Positions 44,518-57,111 of a stretch of DNA of 64,000 bases are shown piece after piece. The stretch comes from Azolla caroliniana (taxonomy: Eukaryota; Plantae; Polypodiophyta): assembly GCA_043228905.1 (NCBI GenBank), contig JBHGNT010000002.1, positions 15,314,001 to 15,378,000 on the forward strand, written 5' to 3'. The first letter of the stretch is position 1, and every line of letters starts with the position of its first letter. A program made the translations under genes and the position numbers. The notes beneath the pieces were generated by a model, which saw nothing but the letters and a program-made list of their open reading frames with translations, was not told the DNA's origin and searched no databases.

Positions 44518-47500
44518 CCGGTACCGCCTCTGTGCTACCGGTTTGGCATCTTTGCTCAAATGTATCTGATGCTGATATAGCTGAGGATCGAACCCTCGCA
44601 TATCCTTGTAAGACCAGGCAAACACATCCTGAAATTCTTTGAGAAGTGTAATCATCGTCGTTTTGTTCTCCGAAGTCATTTCCTTGGCGATGTGCACCGG
44701 TCTCGCCTCTTCCGTAGTTCCTAGATTTACCTCCTCTAGTTGGGATGGTTTAACCCGTTGCGATACGGCCATTCCTCTTTCCAGCACCTCCTGTGCTTGC
44801 CGTAGCTCCCGGATCACTTCTTTACTTGGTTCCTCGTCCGCTCCGCCCGGTGGCAATATGTATGGTGATACGGCTTCAGCTACGTCAATTTCGAGCAGAG
44901 GTACGATCTTCGGATTATCCTACAAGTATTGATCTACCTCTTCATCTGCTAATCCGTCCAGCATATTGACGCATTCGGCATATAGGGGTGTCAATTCCTT
45001 CCCGGTACCCGTCCGTGGTTGTGTCAGTACCCATACTAAAAGCTTTTCCCCGTCGGAAGGTGATTATATTCTTCCTCCAATTTTGTTTAATGTGCGCCGT
45101 TTTCAACCACGGCCGTCCCAACAAGAGTGGGTAAGCTCCTTGTGCCTGCAGTTATAGCACCACTGCCGAGATGCGAAATGTGTGGCCGCCGATCGTTACT
45201 TCCAAATCTCGTATCAAGCCAGTCGGTCGCACTGAGCTTGTATCCGCCATCCGCAGCCAGAACGGGCACGGTTCCCACTCTTGGATTCCCAAGGTTTTGC
45301 ACGTTCAGAGGCTAATCACATTGACGCCGGATCCTCCATCTATTACTGTTCCGCGTAACTCCTTTCCCTTCACGATGGCTGTGATTGTCAGACTGTTTTT
45401 GTCTACTACCGCCGGTCCCTCCTCCGGATTTGAGAAGAATGTTGGAGCCGGTGGTGTTTCTCCTGCCGTCATGCCTGTCTTGAGTCCTTCTATGAATCTA
45501 GGCACTATCTGCAAGAGCCGTCCTAATGGCAGCGTGATTTGGCATTCCTGTAGTGCCTGCCATGTCGCATTTTCGGGCTGACTGCCGCCAGTGAGCTCTT
45601 CGGTATTTTCCTTTTGCTGCGCAAGCTCTACCATGTTTCGCGCATTCGCCTTTTTTACCCATTCCGTTGCCTACTTGCGGATGGCCTCTTGCGCCTCCCA
45701 TTCCGTCGCCTTACCCTTCGATCTTGTGGTTACCTGCTGCAGGTCTGTGACTTCGGCGACTACCATGTTCACCGCCGGTCATTTATCATAGCTCTTTGAC
45801 GGGCATTGATTACTATAATGTCCTTCTTGTTGGCAATAGTAGCAATATGCTTTCCGGGTAGTGCTGGATTCGGCGTTGTTTCCTATCCCCGGTGGAGGAC
45901 TTGTGGTAACGGCGGGTCTTTGATCTGGTTGGCTGCTTGAGGCGCCCTTCTCCGGTTCCCGTAGGTGACCCCTTTTCTTGAAATAGCGTTTCTTTTTGTT
46001 CCGATATTCTTGTCGGGGCTGCTCATCATGTCTACCATAGGCTAGAATATAGCCCATGTTTCTTCCTCCGTAGGTGCTCGGGTAAGCTGACTATGCATCC
46101 GTTGAAACCGGATGACAAACTGCGGAATGCTCTCCCCAGGGTCCTACTGGATGGTATAAAATAGGCTCACCATTTCTCTCTGTTCCACCTCCTTCTGAAA
46201 GAAGTGCAAGAATTTAGCTTTCACGTCCGCAAAGGTGGTGATGGTGCTAGGGTCCTGCGTCCGGTGTCATCTGGCGGCCGGTCCTTCCAATGTCACGCCG
46301 AATTCGGCTATCTTAGATCGTTCCTCTTCGGCTGCGGTTAACCGTTGTGACACATGGTTCGCCTCCCATGTTTGTTGAAAAGCGTGAACATGAGCCTCCG
46401 CGTTCAGGTCATCCCTATACTTGGGGTACTCGAACGGCATGTCGTCGTCCGGTGTCTGTGCGCGGGCTGGCGGTGTCGGTGGTCTTTCCCGCTCTTCCGT
46501 CGGCGTCGAAGGTCTTTGTTCCTCCTCCTTCGGTGTTGCCGGCTCGACTTCCGGTGTCAGAGGTCTTTCTTTGTCCTCTTCCGTCTCCAGAGGTTGCTCC
46601 ACGTCTAGTGCCGGAGGTTCCTGGTCTGACAATTCTGGTTCCGGTGTCGTTAATGTATATGACTCCTCGTCCTCTGGTCCTCCTGGGGTGTCGTTACTGC
46701 TGCGATAGTTCGTGTGCGCGCTGTAACCCCCTTCCGAATCCGATTGCAGCGCCGAAAACGCTTCGGATTCGCCGTCTCTTCCGGCCAAGGCCTGGAGAAG
46801 GGATTCCGCTTCCCGGAGACTGCTTAAGCTGCTTCCTTCGTCCGGGTAAGCGTTTTGTTGCAGACGGAGCGACTCCTCCGCCACTTTCCGGATCACTTTG
46901 GAAAATGATCGATCCGATCGGATTTCTTCCACCGCTTCCTGGAAAGCCTCTCGCCGCCTTCGTCGTTCAGCAAGTCTTCGTGCTCTCTCCGTAACCGGGT
47001 CGTCTGTTGGCCTAGTCATCCATTCCCGCCGCTGTTCACTGCGATTGTGCGGGAATCGTGGTCGCCAAAAACTATGTTAATCCTTAGGGCCGGACAACAG
47101 CCTAACACAGGGTGTCCACTTAAGACACTTCATCAAAGGGTGTTACGGCAAGATAACTTACGACACAACGCATAATTGGACCTTAATTGGTTACTTAGCA
47201 ATACATCATTAACATGCGTAAGATATACAATAAGCACAGAACGGTGAACAATACTCAATGATAAAACAAAAGGTTTATATTACTCTCCGTTAATGGCTAC
47301 ATTATAACCGGGCCTTTATATAGGTCACCGGTGCAAAGTACAAAACGGTGCCAACCGGAACCTTTTTGGGATCGGTCCGGATCCGGTTCGGCATACCGAT
47401 TCTGGTCCGTCCGTCCACATCTTCTCATATATTAATCTATATATTAAGACTAGTAATTTCAACATATTCCAAAATAACAATTCCCCTTTTCACACCCTGG

Positions 47501-48604
47501 TCTTTGCCGGCCGGGTAACAGGTTTCAGTCCGGCAGCACTTCATCCTCCACAAAACGCAATCCCCTCTTTACAATACCTCTCCCTCTCTTTTATAGCCCA
47601 AAGAGGGAGGCCGTTACCACCCATTACATCATGTTTATTCCCTGTCCTTTCGGACCGGGATACGCCTCGATTTTCTCCCTAATGAATGCATGCTACCTAG
47701 GATTTCACCTCAGCCGACTTGTCCCTATCTACATACTATACAACAAAACTTGTGCCCACATGTAAGGGCCGGTTTACGCACATTATACCCAGTTTCCGCC
47801 TAGGGACAGTTTTCTCCACGACAACGTGAAGGCTTTCCCATGCCTCTCGAGCATCCTTTGAAACCGGTCCAACTTTGTCGACAGTAGGAAGCCAACCCCA
47901 TCGATCTTCAGCTCCGATAGTGTCTCGTCGGTGAACCAGTGCCCTATGCCAACCAGATCTCCTAAACTCGGGTCCGTCGCGACCCCTTTCATCCATTCCC
48001 AGTTGTCCTCCGGCAAGGGAGGCACGACTGGCCTCACCTTCCAGTCCACAATCTTGTACTTTGTGTCTACAAGGGCGTTCCAATCAAACCAGATCATCTT
48101 CCCGAAGTTCATCATGACTTCGTACATCTCAACGGAATTTAGCGGAACGACCCGGTCTTCGCTAACATCCTCCTCGACTACCCTCTTGATCTCTCCAAGG
48201 GTGTCATCGAATGAGACCGCCTCCACGACACTGCTACTCGAGTCGTCAAGGTCCAAGGCTCCACATGCCTTCAGACGCCTTTCAACTTGCTTCTTCTCCT
48301 GGCCACCAATGCCGGCTATAGTACAACCTCCATTTCCAAAGAGCCAAAATTTCCTACTTATGGTACATGTGTGGGGTTTCCTCCAGTTGTCCGGACTATC
48401 GTGGCCCCATGCCTTGATAGTCCTCTTTAAAGATCCTCTCAACTCTCGCCGCCGAGAGAATCTCGGTTTTGTTCATGATTCGGCCTTACTGTTAAGAAGT
48501 GGATGGAGTGCTTATCGTCCTGACTCTTTACCCTCGAATATGTCAAACCGTTGTCCAACACCTTCATTTCCCCAAGCCGCCGTAATGTAAGGTTCGCCAA
48601 GAGT

Positions 48605-51600
48605 CGCGCTCATCACCGAAAAAGCAAAAGATAATCAAGTTACTTTAGCACTCCTCGTCCGCAAAAGCCAAGCAGAAGCCAAGGCCGCACGGGAGGCAAT
48701 GGAAGTTCACCGCGCTAGCATCAGCATGGATGATACTAAAATCAAGATCCTAATCAACAAGTATCGCCAACAATTCACCTCAAAGATCAAACACATACTT
48801 GACCGTGTCTGACAGGGGTGGTCAGCCCAAGCTGCGGACCTACACATACTACGTGCAGATGCCGAGAACCGACGGAAGGAGGGCTGAGGGTTTGACACCA
48901 GCATCCAGACCCTCCGAGAAGACTTAACTGAGAAATATCATACCTTGGCACCATCCCACACCGTGGCCATTGAGCAACTCTTAGAGGAATTCAACGACAA
49001 TCAAATGGTGTTTCGCTTAGAAGCCGAAGCGTACGAGGAGGAACGACTCGCTACCAGGATTAATAGAGCTCCCACAACCAATGAGCAAGGACCCGAGCTA
49101 CCCACCGCGGCAGCTAGACCGGAGGAACCTGACCCTACACACCCCCACATCCCAACCAAGCCACTCACCATGGCACCTAGACCAGAGGAACCTGCCCCTA
49201 CAGACCTCGACATCCCACCCGAGCCACAGACTACAACCACGACCCTGCCTAAATCGGTCCCAACAGAGGAGGGCCCACATGACGACACTGCCATCCCCGA
49301 CTCGGCAACGAAACCTCCATCATCAACCCCACCTTCCAAGCAGCCAAACCAACCCTATGCCCCCGAGGATAACCTCGGCATATTGGAAGAGGAATAAAAC
49401 AAACCTATAAGCCCTCGTAGGAACGGGCAATTTTTGTAATATGTGTTGTTTTGCCAAATCCTTGCTAACCGTGGGTCCGACGGACAAAGTCCTGTCCCAC
49501 GGGCGTGCCAGGTGTTGTCCATGGGACAAAAAGATAAATTAGTTAAATATAATACGCCGTAGGTAAGGTTAGTAGGTGAGGAAGCTAGAGTTTAGGAAAA
49601 CGCCGAGTTTCGAACCTCACAGTCTGCCGACGGCTCGGCTCTATATGGAGAAAAAGTATATAAAACGAGGTCTGTGTACCTCAACAAGGGGGGAATACCT
49701 AGATCATTCTGAGCGAAAGTAATATCATAGGAGCAATCTTTGTACGTACTGTTTCCGGCTGAGGCCGAGTACTGTAATCACTGTAAGCTTTATCATGGAA
49801 TATAAGTTTCGTCTTTTCTAAACTTCTATCTGTGTATTCTCCCCGTACTCGTAAATCAGACTACGTTCATACTTAACGGGTTGTAACCCGTGTATGATCC
49901 TTGTTCTCCTCTCTTTTTCCCCGTGTAGAAGAAGCTTCCACGTAACACGATCCATTGACCCCGATAGCTTGTGGGCTCATCGAAGGTGTTTCCCCAGAAA
50001 CGTTTAACACAATTTGGCACGCCGATTTATAGTTGTAAGGTCACAACGAACTACGTTGGAAGCAAACTCCACCCGCCATTATGGCACCCCATCGCATCAT
50101 GCGGTCTCAGCCACCTTCCCGACGCCCTGAGCCAGTCGAAGGAACTTCCGACTCGGCGGTCACTGACCAATCGTTCCAGGAACTATCGGAGGCTCACCGG
50201 TTGCAATCCTCGCCACCCGATACCCAGTCGCGAGTTGATTCCGCACCAACCTCCCCGCTGAGCCCCCCCAAAGGTCACCCAACTTGACCCTAACCCTTTT
50301 CCGGACTTACCTAAGGAACCGGATCTCGATATCATGCCTTACCCTTACCCATGGTATAGCGACGGCCCCGACGCGGAAGCACACACACGGGCGTTCGTGT
50401 CCACCTGGCAGGCCAACCACTCGACGCAGCGGTTATCGGCTGCCGAAATCGAGGCCTCCAAACTTGCGGAATTTGTTTTATCCCTCGATGGTCCGGCTCC
50501 TCGATGGTACTCCCGCCTTGACATGGGGGAGGTCACAACATTCCAGGACGTCGGGACAAAGTTCCTCCAGTTATTTCACTGCCAAGTTCCGAAGCGGGAA
50601 CTACTCCGGCAATTCTTTTCCATGAACCAAGAACCTCACGAGACGGTCGCCCAGTTCACGATCCGGTTTCAAGATCTCTACCGACAACTGGCCGACGACG
50701 TCCCCGCTCATCACATTCCGGATACCTTCCTGTCTAGCTTAAGGGAGCCTCTACGGATGACTCTCGCCCTTACAGATTTCTCCAACCAAACTATCGACCA
50801 AGTAATCGCACGCGTCCTTGCAATCGATCAGACACAACATACCATGGCTTTCTCCATGGGCTCTTTGCAAAGTTCCCTTCGGTAGGAGGACAATCGTTTC
50901 CAACAAGCTCTTCAATGCACGGCCTGCTCAGGCTCAGGCCATCTGGCTCTTGAGTGCCCTCATCGGCCACATTGCCCAATATGTTAGTCCCAAGCTCACA
51001 TGATCGAACACTGTCAGTACAACATGCTCAACCACACAATCATGGCTCCAGTTCGCTAGATCGAGCTGCGCAATCTAGCAAACGAGCGACCACGATCCCT
51101 AGATTGACAATGCCGCGACGATGACTATCGTCGCGACGACGACTACTGTCGCTACGACGACCGGTACCGCCACGAATCTTGCCGGGAAAATCCGAGTCTG
51201 CGTCGACTACCGCAAGCTTAATGTTGCAACGGTCACGGATGGATTCCCTCTCCCGTTCACGGATAGCGTTCCCGACACGGTGGCACGCACCAGTTGCAAA
51301 CCCAGCACATCGCCGCCAGAGAACAACATCGAGATGCTTGGCGACAAGACATGGATGAAACTGTAGCTCAACTCACCACATGCTATGAGCAGATAATCAC
51401 GCTCATCACCGAAAAAGCGAAAGATAATCAAGCTACTTTAGCACTCCTCATCCGCAAAAGCCAAGGCCGCACGGGAGGCAATGGAAGTTCACCGCGCTAG
51501 CATCGGCATGGACGATACTAAAATCAAGATCCTAATCAACAAGTATCGCCAACAATTCACCACAAAGATCAAAGACACTTGACCGTGTCTGGCAGGGGTG

Positions 51601-52307
51601 GTCAACCCAAGCTACGGACCTACACATACTACGCGTGGATGCCGAGAACCAACGAAAGGAGGGCCGAGGGTTTTACAAGATAGATGACACCAGCATCCAA
51701 ACCCTCCGAGAAGACTTAACTGAGGAATATCATACCTTGGCACCATCCCACACCGCAGCCATCAAGCAACTCTTAGAGGAATTCAACGACGATCTAATGG
51801 TGTTTCTCTTAGAAGCCAAAGCGTACGAGGAGGAACGACTCACTACCGGGATTAACAGAGCTCCCACAACCAATGAGCAAGGACCCGAGCCACCCACCAT
51901 GGCAGTTAGACCGGAGGAACCTGCCCCTACAGACCTCCACATCCCAACCGAGCCACTCACCACGGCACCTAGACCAGAGGAACCTGCCCCTACAGACCAC
52001 GACATCCCACCCGAGCCACATACTACAACCATGACCCTGCCTAAATCATAGGAGCAAGCTTTGTACGTACTGTTTCCAGCTGAGGTAATCACTATAAGCT
52101 TTATCATGGAATATAAGTTTCGTCTTTTCTAAACTTCTATCTATGTATTCTCCCCATATTCGTAAATCGGGCTACGTTCATACTTAACGGGTCGTAGCCC
52201 ATGTACGATCCTTGTTCTCCTCTATTTTTCTCCGTGTAGAAGAAGCTTCCACGTAACACGATCCCTTAACCCCAATAACCTGTGGGCTCATCGAAGGTGT
52301 TTCCCCA
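48605..52307 (+). mobile_element. Gypsy family B remnant (B2): 3'ORF-LTR-PBS-gag-RT scrap-3'ORF-partial LTR
   Basis: LTR 49513-50009, PBS TGGCACGCC at 50015, gag 50334-50885, KIRVCVDYRKLN at ~51185, a second 3'-ORF copy at 51400-51990 and a partial LTR to 52307. Confidence 0.85.
49471..49510 (+). other. tRNA-Arg 3'-half-like motif in place of a PPT (B2)
   Basis: GTGGG-tccgacggacaaagtcctgt-CCCAC-GGGCGTGCCA, then GG, then the LTR start TGTT. Confidence 0.85.
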
Positions 52308-53394
52308 CCGGCTTCTCCGGCTCTTGCTCTGTCGAAAACCGCTTCCTTTTTACCAGGTCCACGATGGAATCCTGGAATTCCCTCATTGCTATCCCAAGCA
52401 CCTCCCTCAAGGTGAGCTCCACCCAGCTGTCGAGGATTCTTCCTCCAAGACCTTCTGCAGGTCCATCGCTCTCTCTATCTCCAACCTAAACTGAAAGCCC
52501 GACAACTTCGTCTTCTCCTGTGAGCCAGCCGGGCCTTCGTCATTCTTCTTCGGCCCACTCCGGGTCTCATACCGGTTCGAGGACCAGCGTTTCCGACCCA
52601 CTTATCTTCTACCAGAACCTCGTAGTTTTGGGACGCGGCTTCCACGAAGCTGGTTTTCTCTTCTACCAGATCGTCCCATCCGGTGCCCTCTTGGACCCGC
52701 TTCTCCACACGGTCCACTTCTTCCTTCCTTAACCACATGCCAGATAGGCCCTCTAGCACAAGCAACGAGAGTTTGGTACTACTTCCGGATCCGATGCCCT
52801 TCTCTTCCCCTACCCAGATCCCTACCGACACCGAGTAGTGAATGGCCTCGATGTTCCAAGCCGCGGCTTCCTCCATTAGCCTCTTCATGCCACATCTTCT
52901 GGTGTTCACCTCGAGAGGCCTTCGCGTGTTGCATATGTGCACTTGTCCATTCCAGAGGTACACAATATTGTTCTTGAGTGCTTCAGCAAAATTGGTGCAC
53001 TCTCTCCGCATGTGGCCAAAGGCATTGCACCACATGCACCTCTGGTTGTTCGGTGGGCGCCGATCATGTAATTGGTCATCGCCTTCCCTCCGGGCTGGGC
53101 AATCTGGAGGTCTCGTACCATCCTCGATAGCTCTAGCTCCTCCAGAGTTGCGCCCCCGAATAGACCTCCCACCACGTCGGTCGGAACCATGCCCGAGTCA
53201 AGCCACCTGCTAGTATCTTCCAATGGAGTCGGAATCTCCTCCGTCCTCTTCCTAGTGGTCGGTCCGGCTGCTGACACCCCCGCATCATTCCACTCCCGCC
53301 GCTTGTCAAAATGACTACATACTCTCTTAACAACAGTCCAGTCGGTCGTGAGCCCTTTATCCGTGAGGAGACCCACCTTCTCCCGATCACGCGT

Positions 53395-55426
53395 TGTCAC
53401 GAAGGTATGACAAAGGCACATGAACTTGAGGCAGGACCTCGGGGCCTCCAACCAGAGGATATCAAATTCGTGCGTTTATACTTTAAGAATTAATGGAAAT
53501 GAGAAAATTTAGTAATTTTTCATTAGCAAAGAAAAGAAAATTACAATCTATCCCAACATTGTGATTACAGAAGTTTAGGCTTAAAGAGATTAATAGATAA
53601 GAAAAATTAGGGTTTTTGAGAGATATGGCTTCCGTAAGGAAAATTAGGGTTTTTCGAGAGATATGGCTTTCGTAAGGAAAATTAGAGTTTTTCGAGAGAT
53701 ATGACTTCCGTAAGGAAAATTAGGGTTTTTGAGTGATAACCCTTCGATAAGGAAAATTAGGGTTTTTGAGAGAGAGATAGCTTCCGTAAGGAAAATTAGG
53801 GTTAGGGTTTTCTCCTTGATAGATTTTTCCTTTCCCCCAAATTCTAAGATTTTCTGAGCCACTCCCCCCTTTTAAGATTTTTCTTTGTTACCACTCGAAG
53901 AAACACTTGCATGAAGGAACTCCAGTTTCTATCCCCCGTGCACTACACATATCGTCGCCTAGTCGTTCCGAATAGTTCAGCAATTCCAATCATCCCGACC
54001 GATCTGCGCATCCCATGCATCCTGACCCGTCGATCCCATTCCAATATCGTTTTTAGTTCATCCACATGAGTCTGTCCAGGCAATTCAATCGCATCCGTTT
54101 GTCTAAACAGTTTGGCCTTAATCACCATAGCCGTTATATGCTCCAAACACACAAATACAAAGTTATGGGTTCTGGGTCAACTTATATATTGCTAGATCCG
54201 ATGTTGTCTTGTTTATGTGGGATATCTTACAGTTCTATTTCCCATCTTCGCAAGCTTCATACTCACATAAGTTGATACGTAGTTGTTTGTTTCATATATA
54301 GTTTTAGAAGCTCTTGAACACGTCCATCTTTTCATGCCAAGCCATTAAGCTAATCTAAAATAATTATTTCATTATTTTTCATATCGTGTGTGAAGAATCA
54401 CACAACATTCACCCCCACCAAACTTGCACATGCACCGGTATGTGCCAAGTGTGGTACCGAGTTACATCCGCCTAGTGGAAATCTTTAATCCTTCTCCGAA
54501 TATTTTCCTTTCTTCATAACCTAACTATCTATGATTGAGACTGACCTTGAACTCGCTCATTGGCTCCTTAGAACTCTTCCAATGCCACCACAACCATTCT
54601 TTCCACCATAGCCATGGGGACCATCCAAACCACCAAATCCTTCGACAGAGCTTTGCATCACCACGACCGGTTGTCATGGCCTCTTCCACCTTCCCCAAGC
54701 ATAACCCTTCATGCACCATGCATGTGTCGCTTTCATTTCGATCATCTTTATGGACAAGACACTTCAATCTTCCTTCTTCTGTCAATCCAAGCTTGTCTTT
54801 GTTAGGCCTCATCCGAACATCGACTTTGACTATTCCTTGTAGCCCATGCTTCAAGTACATGCTCACATTTAGGCCCTTAGACTACCATATTGCATGTTTT
54901 CCGCTTCTTCCTTTCTCATAGTATGCTCTCATGTGAGAGTTGACCATTGATGGTTCGATCTTCGTAATGGTGTCCTCTTTTGAGTTAGATATTATGATCA
55001 AATCCTACGGAATGGCCTTCGAATTCACTTCGTTCGTTTGGCCCTCATCATGCATTATTGTGCTTTGTTTGACCTCTTCATCATATGTATTAGCTTTGAC
55101 CTTCACTTCCTCACCACCACCTTCCATCTCTGGTCTTATGTTGGTTCTTGGGCATAATTGCAGAACTCTCCGTAACCTGCGTGGAGGGATTCTCATCCTT
55201 ATCGGCTTTTGCTTTTGTCATCTTGTCCATAGCCATCTCTTTGGCTATCTCTCTGTCACATGCATCCGCGTCGGCCCTTGCTTCCTCACCACCATTGTCC
55301 TTCTCTTGGGGCTTACATTGGTTAATACCCAAGTCTCTCAAACAAGTGTGGAGGGTGTCATGATAACACTCACATCATGCATCGAAAAGAACATGACACT
55401 CACATTATGACTCGAAAGGATTTGAT
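53395..55426 (-). mobile_element. Family E truncated element: 3' LTR (53395-54407) plus ~1 kb of internal 3' region
   Basis: The LTR is homologous to 43232-44517 and is preceded on the minus strand by the PPT-like GGTGGGGGTGAA (54408-54419). The internal part is duplicated at 5612-6360. Confidence 0.7.
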
Positions 55427-56130
55427 TGAATTTAATATCAGTCGGACGGCTCGATGACGAAGGTTATAGCGGTCACTTCCGAAATTACACGTGGAAATTC
55501 TGTACAGGGAACCTGATCGTGGTTTAGGTCAAGAACTAAAATACATTATACATGATGCATGCACGATTGAGTTGAAACGAGGTAAATGCGGCAACCGACA
55601 CAACCGGAGAGTTGTGGCATAAGAGGTTATCTCACAGGAGTTAGAAGGGTATGTAGATGTTGGCCAGAAAACAACTCTTGCCGGAAGTGAAGAATGTGAA
55701 TTTGGACAAATGTGTCGACTGCCTGGCCGACAAACGAAATAGAGCCACCTTTTGATCTAGGTCTCTGATGTAGAGGAAAACTGCCTTGGAACTTGTACAC
55801 ACCGATGTGTGCTATATCGATGCAAGGTCTCATTCTAGTGGACAGTACTTCATAAACTTCATAAATGATTATAGTCATAAGTTGTGGGCTTACATGCAAA
55901 AGACGAAGGATCAAGTACTAAGTGTCTTCAAGGTGTTCCAGGTGAGAGCCGAGAGAGAAACTGCATGGAACTTGAAGGTGGTCCGAACGGACAATGGCAG
56001 TGAATACCGAGGGCAGTTCGAGGAGAACTGTGCGGTCAAAGGGAATCCGGCTTGAATATACCGTACCGAAGACGCCAATGTTGAACGGGCTAGCCGAAAC
56101 GATGAACCAGACCATCATGGAGAGAGTTGC
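55427..56130 (+). pseudogene. Degenerate Copia integrase fragment (paralog of 14517-15220)
   Basis: NLISVGRLDDEG, ELVHTDVC and RTDNGSEY. Confidence 0.85.
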
Positions 56131-56559
56131 CTCTTTAATATTCTCAAAAGTTGTTTAGGATAAAATATTTGTACTTAAATTCTTTATTCCTTTTACATTA
56201 AATGATGTTTGGGGAAATCGTGATGCTTGTAATGGTTATTTAAGATGCACTTTAATATTGAATTGAAAATTAAAAGTTATATTGGAACTAACTAGTCATA
56301 TTATTGAATGGTCAACTTGGAATACATGAAATTCATCATGACGATATTGCCATGCATGCCATCGGAGCTTTACTTCCATGATCGTGTCACGATGAAATTA
56401 AAATATCATTTCGTGCTCACAAAAGTAAGCATGGCATACAGTTAAACTAAGCTTCTACATGCTCTATTTAAAGCTAGCCAAATCCTTGCAAAGGTCATTC
56501 AATATCTCTCTTGAAAACCTCATCATCAGTACTTAGAATTCATATCAATACTTATAGCA

Positions 56560-57111
56560 ATGGCGTCTAGATATCACGTTTCCTACATGAAGATGATGGT
56601 ACTCATGGTGCTTCTAATGGCGGCATGTGTTGCAGCAAAAAAGAAGGTGGTATTGAAGTACTACACACAACAACAACTTGGGGTGAATGAGTTTGGGATG
56701 GTCTCAGCAGTTGTTCCTCCGGCCAAAGGCACATTCACTGGTGTTGGCCTTCAAGTGGTTTATAACTACACATTGACCAAGACAGGAAACCCAACATCCC
56801 AAGTATTGGGCGTCATTCGCGGCACCTCTGTAGTGACCTCCAACACTGTCAATGCCACCATTTTTGTTGTCAACACCGTTGTGCATTATGTTAATCCCAA
56901 GAAAGGGGGTCTCAAGGGCACTTTCACCACACAAGGTGAGGCCGACTTTGGTAGTGGACAACCCTTCGAATTAGCTGTGACAGGTGGCACTGGTGACTTT
57001 CGTGGCGTGTATGGCTACACTATCGCCAGCAACTTCAAATTTACACCACCTACTGGCAACTCAACTGCCAAGGTCACAAAATTCTATCAAACTCGCCTTT
57101 GGTGGCTCTAA
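56560..57111 (+). CDS. Secreted dirigent-like protein (183 aa), copy 2
   Basis: Differs from copy 1 at 6 nucleotides (3 amino-acid changes, 3 silent). TATTTAAA at 56465-56472. Confidence 0.85.
   Translation: MASRYHVSYMKMMVLMVLLMAACVAAKKKVVLKYYTQQQLGVNEFGMVSAVVPPAKGTFTGVGLQVVYNYTLTKTGNPTSQVLGVIRGTSVVTSNTVNATIFVVNTVVHYVNPKKGGLKGTFTTQGEADFGSGQPFELAVTGGTGDFRGVYGYTIASNFKFTPPTGNSTAKVTKFYQTRLWWL

Larger units (their letters stand above)
36789..47520 (-). mobile_element. Gypsy family A, copy A2 (near full-length, degenerate)
   Basis: LTRs 36789-37222 and 47075-47520, perfect TSD GGTTT and PBS 47058-47067. Domains: gag 46267-47019, PR, RT (FLDD), RH (VDASD) and INT 40426-41568. The extra 3' ORF spans ~37270-40318. 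No chromodomain and no additional RNase H are visible. Confidence 0.95.
36419..47823. repeat. Solo LTR F (~670 bp: 36419-36788 plus 47526-47823) interrupted by A2
   Basis: TGTCG...CGACA termini and a 4-bp TSD ACGT (36415-36418 / 47824-47827). Confidence 0.8.
34230..53394 (-). mobile_element. Degenerate Gypsy family D (Ylt1-like), split by nested insertions into 52308-53394 (gag), 47824-~48600 (linker) and ~34230-36418 (RT, RH, INT)
   Basis: Gag knuckle CMWCNAFGHMRREC; RT SAPYSN.WFT.PK, DLYSGYDQF and PFLDD..IKG; RH VDTSP..IGW; INT EDLTNQVEGRAL. The reading GKAF-TF-S rejoins across the 36419-47823 insertion. Confidence 0.8.
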
